Positions 40,001-54,500 of a stretch of 64,000 nt of DNA are shown here, piece by piece. The stretch is from positions 28,882,213 to 28,946,212 of the forward strand of contig OZ234493.1 in assembly GCA_965153455.1 (NCBI GenBank). Direction: 5' to 3'. How positions within the stretch are numbered: the first letter of the stretch is position 1; the number at the start of each line of letters is the position of its first letter. Under the pieces are notes generated by a model. It made no database searches. It saw only the letters and a program-made list of their open reading frames with translations, and was not told the DNA's origin. This DNA is from Sphagnum compactum. Lineage: Eukaryota. A program made the position numbers and the translations under genes.

Positions 40001-40220
40001 GTCATTGAGTGCATTTGAAACTCTTGATTTGTGTGAATGCTTCAACTTGCAAGAATTACTTACATGTACATTGGCCAATTAAATGCAATCCAAAAGTTTT
40101 AATAGTGGGAATGTATGAACTTGTAGGAATTACTTACATTTATTGGCCAATTTATTGCATTCAAGGAACTTAAGGTCTTTCAATTTGAAAGTATTAATTA
40201 CCTTCATCTATCACCAACTG
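31084..40220 (+). pseudogene. Alpha/beta-hydrolase-NB-ARC-LRR immune receptor (HNL class), pseudogenised
   Basis: Hydrolase exons (32228-32526, ~33261-33669, 34186-34338): IIFFHG, CWPEKWLPEDL, LVAYSFGGLVLK, FYSVPHAG, DANHLTICK. NB-ARC exon ~34506-35555: GMGGIGKT, LMVVDDV, CGGLPL, FLDIACF. LRR exon from 35743. Stops at 32423, 33547, 36355, 36499 and 39159; frameshift ~38801. First exon 31084-31239 is tentative. Confidence 0.9.
35935..40220 (+). repeat. 72-bp (24 aa) LRR tandem array, roughly 59 units
   Basis: Unit ttgaaagaactaccttcatctattggccaattgaacgcactc...cttgatttgtca...tgttccaac encodes LKELPSSIGQLNALxxLxLxxCSN; count estimated as span divided by 72. Confidence 0.97.
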
Positions 40221-40223
40221 AAT

Positions 40224-42250
40224 CACTAGTAGAAAACCCCTCTTTTTCAACCAACCCGCCTTCGACTTGACATCGTCTTCAACTACGTTTCAATTGTAAT
40301 TGTTTGAATATTTAAAAAAATTATTCACAATTTCCAAGTAAATTGAACTGCCTACTCTTTGGTGGACAAATGAAGGCAAATCCCAACTATTTTGGAGCTC
40401 ATGGAATATTCTTAGCACCCACATGGTCTACAATTGAATTCTAGTTGAAACATTGACTTGGAAAGTTACATAGTCTATAATCAAGCCTCCCAAGGTGGTG
40501 TGTCAAGTAAGAAAGTCCCATATTTAACTACTTTGGTCAATCACAAAACATAGTGATGGATGGTAGATCACACATGGATGGATGACATTGAGATTGGGAC
40601 TAATGTCTTTGTTGCAAGTGCATAATGAGATTGTTTCTCAACTACAACTACAAATTGAAAGGCAAAAAACAAAATTTTGGGCACTCTTGCATATTATGTC
40701 AACACCTCAATTACAAGTGTTAATTAGTAAACGTGACAACAACCACTGTGCCATGCTCTACAAACATTGGTATGCATGGTTCTGGTTTTAAAAAACAAAT
40801 ATTTATCAAGGTTGTCAAAACTAACAAAACCACAATGATGAAAATATATTCCTTCTCTTTGAAAAATCTAAACAATTAGATTTTGAAAACTATCAAATTA
40901 ATTAATGATTTTTCATGAACATTCAAATCCTAGGTTCCATGATAGATGGTGGGCAAAAATGATTCAACTTTCAAGAAAGCATTATTCACATCAAGATGTG
41001 ACCTTTCACCCAATTCCCTATTAAAAGAAATTTGGCATTGAGAAAAAAATATAATAACACTAATTTTGTGTATACTTCAATGCAGGAGAAAATATATATG
41101 GACATGGATAGCTTAATGCCCAAGAAAAGAAAAGACCTTTTCATCAGTAAAAAATTGTCACTAGTAGAAAAAAACTAAAACGTAACTAAATGATTTGTGA
41201 CTACATGTGACTAATTGTCATTTACAACTAAAATTGGTTACATTTATAATTGAAAATTATATCACACATTTTTTGGTCACATTTATGACTATGTTGCAAC
41301 TATTTATTGGTTTTTCATTCTTCCAATGGAACTATTCACATTATTTTCATCTTAAAAGGCCTTTGTATGGCCCATTAGTTGCAAAAGTGACCAAGAAATG
41401 GTAATTTAGTTATTTATACATTAAGTTATGTATGTTATTAATTTTGTATAGGGTAAGTCATGTGTTTTATGTTATGGTAATTATTTATAACTTAAAATGT
41501 ATATTTAAAATCCATATTTAATCTTTTTACATTAATCATAATGTAATTTGAGTAATTAGTGTAATTATTATCATTATTATACAATGGATATATCTATTAT
41601 TTATAATTACTTATTTACAATAAATAGTTATTTTTCCAGCATAAAAATTTACCCTAAAATTTTTTTTTTTACAATGCTAAAAATACGTTAAAAATTATAT
41701 AATATTTAATTGCACTCATAATGTGTAATATTGATTATTATAATTTAAAATAAGATTTATAATTCTTATGGTAATTTTACTATAATATGGATAATTCATG
41801 TACTTCTTGTAATTAAATCAATTCGATTATAGTAAATTATTGTATTTATAACTTTAAATTACTTATTTACAATTAACAATTATCAAAACTGCAAAATATT
41901 CAAATTAATTATTCATATTTTTACGGTAATCAAAATTAATTACTGCAATTATAATAATTTAATGAAAGTTCATGACTGTATGTTTAGTGTTATTTTTTGA
42001 ATTTCATGATTATGTGCATATTCTTATTCAAATTAGCAATTTTAATTTGTAAATATTTTTGTCACATTGATGATTTCACCATATGTTTATGACACTTGAA
42101 TAATATACAATATGTAAAAAATCAAATGTGATGAAAGAATGAGCCACCCTATCTTATAACTACCCCACATGTCATCTTTGTGGATTGTGATTTAGTTGCA
42201 ATAATTTATTGACGACCTCTGTCGAACATGCCTATCACACTTGGTGTATA
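40224..42250. mobile_element. CACTA-like terminal sequences and AT-rich subterminal DNA
   Basis: CACTAGTAGAAAA at 40224 (where the LRR array stops) and again at 41159, followed by caact/agttgc-type short repeats; partner TIRs not located. Confidence 0.4.
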
Positions 42251-45200
42251 GGAGAATACACACAACTTTGTCCCATTGTGTTGTTCCTTTTTGTAACGCC
42301 ATCTTTATTACAAACCGGTGTGCAACTTGGGGTTTAAAACTAGATTCCAAGGATGTTCAAGGAAGGGTGGGCATGAAAATAGGAGCAAATATGGTACAAT
42401 CACTCCCAATGGAAACACCCAACATTTCATTTTCACATGTGTGAAACACACTTTTGAATACATTTTGTTGTCTATATGTTTATGTTATTTATTTCCATTC
42501 ATTTGTGTGTTTTGTTTCAAGATCTATCGTTTTCAATAATCAATTTTCCATTGTTCTCTTTTAGTCCTTAATCTTGATGCACATGAATCAATCTAGTTCA
42601 TTGAGTCTTAATGTCCTTTCGATATCATCCTTAATGAATTTCTTACATACGCATGGTCAAGATCAATTAATGCACCTTCATAATTTTTGTCACAAGAGGT
42701 GTCAAACCACTAATTTTTGTGGGAACCAAGGTGTGGTTTCAAGAATTTAGAATCCTTAATAAGTCTTAGTACAAGACCTTATAATTTTCCAAAATATAGG
42801 AAATTTTGGAAGGAAATGAATTAAATCCTTTTGAATTGGGAATATGAGTCCTTGATTTTGTAGGAACATTTACTACCTAATAGTTCTTAGAAAATAAGAT
42901 CCATGATTTAGGATCCTCAATTCTTCATTAAGACATGCAATTTTGTGTTAGGAATTGGATTCTTGGGTTACAACTCCACTATTGTTTTATGAAACCCAAT
43001 CTTGCATATTGAGCTTAATTAAGTCTTATATTTCATTTTTCAATCCTACTTCAAGAGTGTGGATCTTATACTAACAATATTATACCCTATATTGAGGAAA
43101 ATTCATTCCATTTTTTATCATTGTATTGGTAGGGAAAGTAAGAAACGTCATTGGAAATACAATATAAAGTTTTTGCATTAAAGATGTTTCACCATTTGTC
43201 TCTAAGGTTCTACAAGACTTGACCAACATCTTGCCAAAACAAAGCACAAGAATTCATGGCAGAAAAGAGGATGGTAGGGTAATGTTTCATGAACTTTTAC
43301 CACATTCAGCAATAGGTGAAACATTCATTCCAATTGGCATAAACACAAAAAATCATGACAAGCTATCCAATGTTGCATGTGAGTATGCTTCAACAAACTA
43401 GTGATAATTCTTGAACACTTGCACATGGAGCAATGAACACACCCATTTCAACTATTGAATCATGTGATCATTTACCAAAACCTAGTTTATTGGCCCAAAT
43501 GCCCCAACAATGCATATATTGGTTATATTTCATTTAAAATTTGGTGTATGATGCATATGTGGAGTTTCTATAATAAAGGTTTCACTCTAAAAAGTGAAGG
43601 TGCCAAGTGAAGGTGATGGTCATGTTCCTTTTTTAGGAATTTTTATTTGTAATAAAAATAATTATCGTCCCTAAGAAGATTTAACCAAATTTGGCAAGAA
43701 ACCAAATATGAAGTACAAATCTTTAATCATTTTTTAATTTCTTGACTACACACTAAAAATAAAATATTAGAATGAAGATTTTTTAAAAGTTTTTTCTTCA
43801 CTTATGGTCTTTGAAAACTTCCAATATTTATCTATGAAAGAAAGTAGTTTATTTGATTTGTTTGTCACATTGAAATCTCCCAAACCATGGTGCATCTTGT
43901 CATGCTTTTGGTGTCATTGGAAAGCTTTCAATGAATAAAGGTGTATCAAGTTGGTTTCATAATGTTTCAACTTATAATGCAAAAGTTATTGAAAACTATT
44001 TTTTCATTGAAAATTCATTTAAATAAAAAAATTATAATTTAATTTGGGCACACTCTTGGTATTGTTAGAAAATTTTCAATTCATATGATTTAATGAAGGT
44101 GTTTGGATTTGCATAAATTCAATGACATTTGCGAAAAATATTGAATTTTGAGTAGTTTTTTTGTTCAAAATTCAATTAAATTACCAAAAAATGGTTTTGG
44201 AAGGAAAAAATGGGTAACCAATTCACATTTAGGCCAATGACATAGGCTACACCAATACATTTGAGTTATAGTCTTTCATCAACGGTCATTTTGGAAGAAG
44301 TAATGGCAAAATTTCTCACAAAATCTATGTATGAAAAATGAAACTACCTTAGGAAGGGGAATGGAACCTTGGGACTTAAGAGTAACTTATTTCAATGTTC
44401 TTAAAGTTTTGCATTCATTTTACATGCAAAGGGTGTCAATGGCATTATAGTGAAAATAGGCAACCTTTATTTTGAGGTGTGTTATTATTATAGGTGAAGG
44501 TTCGTCTAAGCTAGGCATTCTTTTAGGTGTTCCTCCCCTCTCCTTGTTTAATATGCTTCTTGCAAGGGGGGGGGAGGGTTCAAATACTTGATTTCTTCTC
44601 GTTCCCCTTGCGATTGCCCTCTTTGGAGTATTCTTATTTTGTTAGGACTTGGGGTCCTTCCATCTTATACCTTTTTTTCCCCCTTTGTTGGGTTCTTTGT
44701 TTTATTGATAATTGGTAGGTTTTCATCAGTTTTGAATTCTTTCACATGATGTAATAGTGATCCTAGACATGCAACCTATTAAAAATTTCTATAGTATTTT
44801 ATGTCATGCAATCACGCATATGTTAATGTCAAGTTTCAACCCAGAAAAGATGGAGCCGTTATTACTATTTTCTCAAGTCTTTTGCTTGGAACGTAAGGAT
44901 ATTATGAATCCACAATAAAGACAAAGTTTATTGTGACATATTTATCACGTCTTTTGCAGGGAAAACAAAGTTATTTTGAATTCAATTATAACTCAATTAT
45001 GAAATGTCATTGGTATATGGAAAATCACTAGGATGATCATCAATTGGATGCAACATATAAAATCATCAATTAAAATCCAATATAATGATCATCATCTGAA
45101 ATCGCATCAAGCATTACAAGTTAAAAACATATAAACAAATTCAATTTTGCATTAGTAATGACTAAGTATGAGATGGAAAAACCTCTTTGTCTACATTGTA

Positions 45201-48200
45201 ACAAAAGGATCTGAGGCCATTAGACAAGTTTATAACATTCTATGATTGTGACCTTTGGATGCAAGAAGATCATCGCAAGAGGGAATAGATATGTTGACCT
45301 TTTATTGCACCAATGAATCGTCAATTAAGTTTTCTTATTTTCACAAAAAAATCTTTTCATCATCATTTTCAATCTTCATCCTTGATGGACCAACTTTCTA
45401 ATCCACTTGATATAACATCTACCAACAATCATATAACTCGAATTTAATGACAAAAATTCAAGTAACATTGTGGGCAAGTGTGGATGTTTTTGGCCCTTGA
45501 AGGCTTCTATGACAACCATTCGATGAATGCACTACTTAATGTACTCAACTCACAATGGGAATACTTCATTACAAGTCATGGTTACAATGGTTGCCCACAA
45601 TAATACTCTATTGATGGTTCTAATAATAAGCAACTAATGTTATCTTCTTTTTGGTAAGTTGTCTAATGAGGGTCCCTTGTGAATATCATTAGACATGTTG
45701 ACAAGATCTTGCTAGATTTTGTTTCTCCCGGACTTTGAAATCATTGCCATGATTTAGTAACTCAAACTTCAAACAATAGTTCACATAAATCATATACACA
45801 AGGTCACCACCCACATTAATTAGGCATTTTCAAAAATTCAACTCCATGATTCTCAACCCATACTTTAAATTAATAAATTATTCAACCTCTCTTTCTACAC
45901 AAAATTCTAACAATCCAATATGAAATAGTTGATGTTTTTGAAACTTTCAAATGGTTAGGATCTTACTCCACCTTGAAAAGCCTTGATAATATCTGGCCCA
46001 ACTAAGAAAAGAATTTATCCACCTTATTATTATCTAATTTTTTAATATGCACAAATTTAAACGACCATAAGTTTAATTATAATTCTTTTTGCATCAAATT
46101 TTCATAACTTATATTTATTTAAATTGTTAATTTTAGTATTTGTCAAGAAAAAACAACACATGAATAATGACCATTTTTTGAAGGTTTGAAAGATGTAGTG
46201 AAAAAAAATCCTATTTGCACCCTTAAATGGATAAATATAATTCTTTTCACACAAGTAGCATACAAATCTCATGTTCTTAGCCATTAACCATTCCACCTCA
46301 TTCAAAACAAACAAAGGTAAAAGGTAATTAATAAACATATGATCTATTTTCTAAAAGGTATTTCATGCATGCATTTCCATAGTCAAGATTTCACATAAAT
46401 GGGCCACAAATGGAACTAATTCATTTATTAATTGAACATATTAATAATTAATACTTTAAAATTCTAATACATTATATGTTTTTTATAACTCTTAATATCA
46501 AGGATTATGCAGAAAATATATTAATTATAAATTAGTGTTCAAAATAAGCATAACCTTATCATAAAACTAACTAAATTATAAAATTTATTCAACAACCAAT
46601 ATATGACACCCTACATTTCTATTGATGTATTTTCAAAATTCAAAGAAGAATGCCCCTCCTAATCATGTTCGATGCATCGCATGACGAGGTGATCAATAAA
46701 TTGAGATGAAAACAGTTGACAATTTGAAAACAAAGGCAAAAACATTTGATGCAACACAAGAAGAGGTCCTTGTTGTAGTGATGATGTTTGTTACAATGGT
46801 GACACTTGTTACAATGGCAAGACTCATTGTAACAACGATGTTCATTGAAACATTCTTAAATCATGAGGAAGTTTTCTAAATCCTTTTAAAGGTTGTAGAA
46901 CATAAACATAAACTTGAAGAGTGATGACCAAAGGTATTTGCACTTCATGTTGAACCTAATACACGAAAGACACAATGTTCGTTGGAAAACCACCATAATT
47001 CCCTTCAGAATGTATATTGTTATTTTGAAAGTGATCATCAAAGGGTCAATGATCTTCATTATTTGGAAATTGTTCACAATTAACTATAGGAGATAATGTG
47101 TTCTCCAATCTTGGTTATGAAAACAAATACCACAATAATGTATATTGTCATCATTGGTCGAATTTGACAAGGTTTGTTGTTTTGCACCTTCACATTATGA
47201 CAATATTTTTTCACTTGATTTTGATGAAACTTTTGAAACTCAAGTTATTAATAGTGATCATAGTTGAAATGTTAGTTATTCATGACAAAGTTGGAGGCCT
47301 ACATCGCAAAAAGAGCCTAAATTGCCTTTATGTTTCATAAGGACATTATTGTTGTAGTACTATAACAATGTTTTAGGTTCTTGTGTCTTATCACAAATTG
47401 AATCACATTTGTAAAATGTGAACAACCTCCATTTGACCATTCTTATTATTGCTATCACCAGGAACACCCACATTTTATGTCATCTTCTTCGTCCAATGCA
47501 TATTAGCCCCTCACCAATATTTATCCTCTTCTTAAACTAGTTAGAATTCTTGATGTTACGTATCAAAAAAAACCATTTAAGGCATTTGGGGGCATGTGCT
47601 CAATTAACATGCACCATATGTGAGTAACATCATGACCATGAAATATTATTAAAAACTAAAAGTGATTGTGCTAAAAATATGTTGTGTCAATTTTGTACTA
47701 CTCAAATAAACATTTTTCATACCTGACATCAAACAATGACAAATATTAAATGAATTAAAACATTGGGCAACCAAGCAATATAAACAATAGAACAATGTAA
47801 CTAATGTTTGTTCAATTCTTAAATAGCTAACAACTAAACATTAGGAATGCATCTACATATGAAAGATTATTATGATTCCAACCACACAAAGTTCGAATAA
47901 ATCCAAAATCTTTACTAATTATTTCAAAATCAAATAGAAACCATAAATAGTGGTAGATAGACTCCAAATACATGCCACCAATAGCATCATGACCAAGATC
48001 AAGAAAATCACTAACCAAAAGTTTGCATGACTTTGTATTCTTCATAATAAAGAATATTATGGAATAGTAGTAAGCAAAGTGTACTTGCACACCTACAAGA
48101 TGAGTAATTTGATGAAGCATATGGTTTAAAATACGGAGTTCCTACTCCCAAGTGATTAAGATGACCTTCAACACAACCTTGTTTACATTATGAGATTTTT

Positions 48201-48277
48201 CCATCATAATTTGAACATTCATGCACTCACACAAAAGAAAACATGATGATATCCATGTTGAACTCCAACTTTTCATC

Positions 48278-49442
48278 CACTAGAAAGAATCTTGTCCTTT
48301 GCAATAAAAAAAAGAATGACTAAAAGTCCTCAATGACTTTATGAATGAGTATATTCATACAATATAACTTTTAATCCTACATGGAAAAATAAATAGTCAT
48401 AAATGAGTTGCTTTTGTCAATGATGGATGATAATATTACATATGCTTATAACAAATTCATAATTAGTTGACAATTTTTTTCATCTATAGGACACAATCCA
48501 TGGCAAAGGACAAAATGATGCAAAGTTTTAGGTGTCATTTATATGACTATGAAATGAACATTGTTTAAATTGACATGGACAATGATAACATGGTTTTTCA
48601 ATGCAACTATCAAATCACTATATTTGAACATGGCAATTGATGTATGACTAAAGAATGACTACTATGCAATGACATGGGTAATGTTGACCACCTACCTACC
48701 TACTTGCTACTTCTTATCTCTTACAACCTATTTACTTCCTACTTACTATCCTACAACTTGCTTACTACCTACCTTGTACTCTTTTAATAATAATAAATAA
48801 ACATGTGAAATAAAAAACTTAATAAAAATTGGATACTATTTTGGTGTAGTCCATTGGTAAGGACTTGGTTTTATCCTTGTGAAGGTGAGATGTTCAATTC
48901 CTATTAATATTCAATTGCAACCTATATGCATTCCTAAAAGCCTGGGGAAAGTAGGCTAAACTAAGGTAGTTAGGTAGGTAGGTTAGGTAGATTGGTAGTT
49001 TAGGTAAATAGGGTAGTTTATGTAGGTTGTTTAGGTTATGCTACGTAGATCAAGCTAACCTAAGTGCCTACCTACTTTTTTTGACCTACCTAGACCTATT
49101 ACTTACCTACCTACCTATTAAAAATTATTTTTTATAAATAATCCAAAAGAATAATTTTAATTTAAGTTTGATCGGTCAAATGGTCCACTATCTATTATTC
49201 ATATTCTACATTCATTACCATGACACATTAGTAATATTTACGACTTTGCTTTATGACTTGTTTAGTATAACTTGACAAGTATCCTTTATAACTACATGAT
49301 GAAGAATGACATGTCAAAAATTCAATGACTTGTCCTAAACAACTCGTTTGACATGACTAAAGTCCTTTTAGTCATATAATGTCCAATATGATTACAAAAT
49401 CAATCATAAATTGAGTCATAAATTTAAAATTTTCTTCTAATG
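48278..49442. mobile_element. Decayed non-autonomous CACTA-like element
   Basis: cactagaaagaa ... ttttcttctaatg termini; dense atgact/agtcat subterminal repeats at both ends; flanks atc / ttc. Confidence 0.45.
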
Positions 49443-50249
49443 TTCTTATTTGTAGCTCAAAATATATGATTAAAAGATAGGTAAATATTTATGAGGCTCA
49501 TAATTGGATAACACTCCATGTTAGTCTTCACCATCATCATGAAAATTTTGACTAACAATTGGCTAAATTGCTTCAACAAAATATCTTCAATACTAATAGA
49601 TGTATCCATATTCCAATGAGTTTTCCAAGCATCAAATCACCTTCTTGCCCAATTATCATTCCTCACGTTCATCTTTGAAAACTCACTTTCAAGTTTATTC
49701 CATTTATCTTCTAAAAACAAAAAGAAGTCTTTCCAAACCAAATATTTGTCACTTTAATGTCCAAGTATAAGAACATGTGTTAACCCTTGAACATTTACAT
49801 TCTTTACACCACAAATTTGACCATTGTCATGTTGAAATTTCCATAATATTACAACAAATAACACTCGCCAAAAGAATATCACTATGCATGACACCATTGT
49901 GATTGTTACCACCAATAGTATGCATTGAAAGGACCTCAGCCTCCACAACAATATTGCAATCAATATCTTGAACAACCAATTTTGGAATAACCTCAATTTC
50001 CACTAAACAAGAACCTTCCTTTATGAAATATTGTATTTAAATTGCAATAGTTGTATCATAAGGCAAATCTCATGATCTTTCAAGTATGTAAAAATATCAA
50101 TTAAATCAATTAAAATAATGAAATCTAAAAAAACAAAGATAAATCGAAGCCATAATCAAACTCCAAAAAAATGACATCATTTAAACAATTAATGGCCACA
50201 ATATCTTTCTAAACACAATGCACTATAATTGATTGTTTCTTTTAAAAAT

Positions 50250-51500
50250 TGAGAACCTGCAGCAAGAGTATGCTAAACTTAACCATATCAATTGGAAGAC
50301 CCATAATGATTTGACTCGTCTCCAAGCTTATTTGGAGCGAATGACGTGAAATTATGCCAAAATGGAGGTCCAATTCAAAACAATATGGTATCACACGTAA
50401 TTGCCCACATAAAATTTGAAAGGGAGAAGCAAAGTCTTATTGCTCAAATCCAAGACTAGAAGGGTAAGTATGAGACAACTAAGGTATAATTGAACAAACT
50501 TAACCCCATTCTACCTGTTAGAATGAACAACATGTTGAAGGAGTTTGAGGAATTGTTGCTAGACAATACCCTATTCAAGGTGCAAAACCAAGCCTTGGGA
50601 GATAGAAACCCCAAGTGGAAGGAGTGGTGGAAAACCGTTCAGGAGTTCGCAGAGGAGCAGATTTAGGACAATATGGAGTTGGCTCGCTTTGATGAACAGA
50701 GTTTTTTACTCGAACTGCAAGCCTACCAAACTACTTTCCTTGATTTCAAATATGAACCCCCGAGTTTTATGTTTGTGGAAATTGGAACTATTAACAGAGT
50801 TCCAACAATGCCATATGTAGTGCAACATGTTATTAAACCAATTAGTCCACTAAGAGGTGGAACATGTTTAGATTTCATACCCTTACTTGTTTAAACTTTA
50901 TTATACTTGTTTCAATGACCATTGTTGTTAGTCAACCTGTGGAAGGTAGTGAGAGATCTGACAAGAAACAAGATGAACCTATGAATCCTTCATTCATTAT
51001 ACTAGACAGTAGATTAGAATTTTTGGAATTCAAATCTATTACCTTTGACACCACATTAGATAGGTATAGGTCATGAGGTTATTTTGATATCTAATACCCT
51101 GCTTGCCTCGAAGGTATTTACAACACCCATAATGACCTTTGAAGACACACTTGATCTACAAAAGATTGCAACGCTAACCGGTCTTCAAATTTTGAGTCAT
51201 ATTGAACTTATGGAGGTAGTAGGGTGTTGAATATGTTGAAGAAGTCATCAATCAACCGGTTACAGAAGGGTAAATTTAACTCAAAACTTTGAGCTAACAT
51301 TTTGAGGATGAAATGTAGATTTCAAAGGGGGATAATGTTACCTAGATTTGGTAACATGTGACTTAATAGGTTGATAGTGTAAGTAGGTTATTAAACTTAA
51401 CATGTGTCTTAACCTATTAAATTAACTTATAGTATTAACCTAACTAGTTAATAAACTTGGTAGGTAATGTTATCGGGTTAAGAAGATAGGTTGACAGGTA
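50250..51500 (+). mobile_element. 3' part of a decayed LTR retrotransposon (ORF remnant, PPT, start of LTR)
   Basis: Stop-riddled coding-like sequence followed by purine tract aaagggggataa immediately before tgtt at ~51336. Confidence 0.45.
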
Positions 51501-54500
51501 AGTCAATAGGTAATCTATAAAACCTGTATTTGATAGAACCGATAGTTGGATAGGTAATTAAATAGGGTGTACTTTTTTTGAAATTTTTGGACTATTAATG
51601 TAGGTACTGGCTAATGACTATTTATAATGGTCAGTTACGACTGTTGTATTTTGAAATGGCTAGTATAATACTAGGAGGACAAACATGTTGAAGGGACTTT
51701 TTGGATTTCATTCATGATTATGTGTTTTACTCTTCAATTATGGAACATGGATCATTTTTCTTTCAACCTATTTCCTTCAAGCTTTAGCAATTTGTGTAGA
51801 CGTTAATTTAGGATTTGTAATCGTCTAAGTTTTATTTTGTGTATTGTATGTACTTGTTGTTTTAGGAACCCATTGTTGAAAAAAATCCAGAGGTAAAATA
51901 ATCTTAATGGGAATAAAAAAACCTCATTAACACCCATTTGTAGCTTACACCATGTTATCCAAATCCCTTGCCACTAAGGACATCCTTGGTTGATGACTTT
52001 TTTAGCTATCATTAGCCACCTTGCTGTGGGATGCCATTGTCCTTTGTAGTTCTATTTCAATTGATCCACCCTATGGAAAATGAAGATTTTCCATGGTTTT
52101 GGTCTTGGATTATGACCTCAAATCAACATTTTTGCAAGAAGTGCAAATGTTTGAGCCTTTGGACCTAATATTTTAATCCCACCTTTAGTCAATGGTATAT
52201 GGTTGTATCCCATGTTACCTTGGTTCTAGCTTTACTATTTGCTTTGCTTGATTAAACAAAGTTATGTTATGCTCGTATGCATGGCCTCATACATGACGAC
52301 CGATTACAGGCATGCCAATCATGCCTTTTAAGGTTAATGTACGTTCTTAGGTTACTGTATGTTATTAGGTGTTTTAGGGTTATGGCTTGTTTAGGGTTTC
52401 AGCTTGTTGACGGCTGTATAAAAGGCCAAGCTCTTCCCTTCTCTTGCTAGTTTCCTCCATAGTCAGACTGAATTTCTAAATGCTCACGGCGACTATTACA
52501 CGGCCACCATTTACATACACTACATTTTTTTTCCTTCTTTTCAATTTAGTTCTAGAAAAACTGCTTTCTGTCACTTAATGTTGAAAGCGGTAGATTTTTC
52601 CTTGGGCTTCTTTTGCTTGCTGGTTTCTTGTGTTCTTGAGTTGTTGTTACTTCTTTTTCTGCAATAGAATCCAGTTCTATCGGTTCTAGAAGAGAAAGCC
52701 ACATGTGCAGTAAGCCCTTAGGTACCACTACCCAAAATCCTCACCTGGGCAAGAACCACCATTGCTTCGAGATCAAAAGAGAAGCTGAGGAGGCGCTGGA
52801 GAAGCGATGAACGTGCGTGTGTGTGCTGTAGCACAAGAAAAGAAGACAACACTTTCTTAATGGGGGACTAATCTGTAGCGACAAATCAGGTCCTTCTCCT
52901 CCTCCTGCAATTGCAACTGCTTGCTGCTAGGTGAGTAAGCTTAGGAATTTGTTGAAGCCGGATTCTCGCATTGTTACTTGCGAGAGAGTTTGATTCGCTG
53001 TTGCTGCCATAGCCACGACGACGACCAGGATGTTTCGATGGATGCAATGTTGAGGTCGCTATGTGGGATCGCTTCTTCGTAAAGAATTTTTTTTTCATCA
53101 ATCTGCTCTTCTTACTCACACCTGTTGTGGAACATCATGATCATGATCTTCTTCTAGCAGATGCCTTCCTTCTTCAAGTTACTTTGTGGTTGCTGCGATC
53201 CCTCCTGTCCGGCGTGGTGGTCCGGACTCGAAAAGCTCTCGTGGGTGTGGGTTGTTGTTGGTAGAGAACTTTAGATCTAGAGTGGGTGGCTAGGGTGAAT
53301 TGTTTGTCGACTCCTCAGCTCCTCACTATTAAACTAGATGTTGTTCGCTCGCTCCAAGGAAGCTGCCAACTTTCCCTGTTTTTCCTTGGTAAATTCGTTG
53401 TTGCTCTTATTTTGTTCTCCTCCAGCTTGTTTATGGCAGTAGCAGCTGGTGACGACGTTATGTTGGAGGAGGCGGAGGAAGCCTTGAAGACTCTTGAAGA
53501 TTGCAGGGCTAAGTGCAGCATGAAGCAATAAGAAGAAAAAAAAATTTGCACACCATTGCTGCAAAGCTCTCAGGCGATCTATAGCGCGATGTCCGTCATG
53601 TTGTCGCTCACCATCGCTGTAGAACTTTCGGGCGATCTGTAGCACCACGTCGCCACCCGCCATCGCTGCAAAACTCCCGGGCAATCGATAACGCCGCATT
53701 CGTAGCGTCGTTAATCGCATTGCCGTCGCCAACTTTCGTCCACGGACTTTCATTTAGAGACTTTCATCCATTGACGTCCGTCCATCGACATCTATCCACA
53801 GACTTCCGTCCATTGACGTCTATCCATAGACGTCCGTCCATCGATGTCCGTTCGTCACCGTTCATCCCCATTGACGCACCGTATTCTTCAAATCATATAA
53901 ATTGCATACATACGTATCCGATACCGTATTCTTCAAACCATATCTAGTGCTATGTATTTCTACAAAATTTTGAGGCATGGGACAACACCATGTCCTCGGG
54001 TGATGAGAGCATTACCGCTCAGCTAGAGCTAAGGTATCAGCTAAGAAGCAACATGTGAGCCATGGATTATGATTCAATAAATTGTTAAGCTTTAGTTCCA
54101 TAGCTTTCCTTAGTAATAATGATTTGAATCCTTGTAAACCTCCAAGTAATAATTATTAATAGTTGAATTAGCCTTTGGATATTTCCAAGCGTAGAGAACT
54201 TTTTATTTAAGATGATGTAACGCTTAGTTAATTTTAGGACCTAATAAACTTTTTAAAGTGCATTATCCTTTTAGGTTGTAGAGGGTGAAAATGGATGTAG
54301 AATTAGATGTGATTTTACTGATATATTGGGAATACAAGCCCATAATTAACATTAACATTTCGCCATGATAATATTAAATTAGTCTGTAGAATAATCTTCA
54401 AGCACTAATGATGTACTTGTAAAATTTCTAGGATGCAGTCCTAATACATCCTTATATAGTTCTCACTTCTATCAGACTCTTAAATAGAATCAAAATCAAA

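Noticed and set aside
45000-50200. Short ORFs suggesting decayed CACTA transposase
   Set aside because: No diagnostic motif could be read with confidence.
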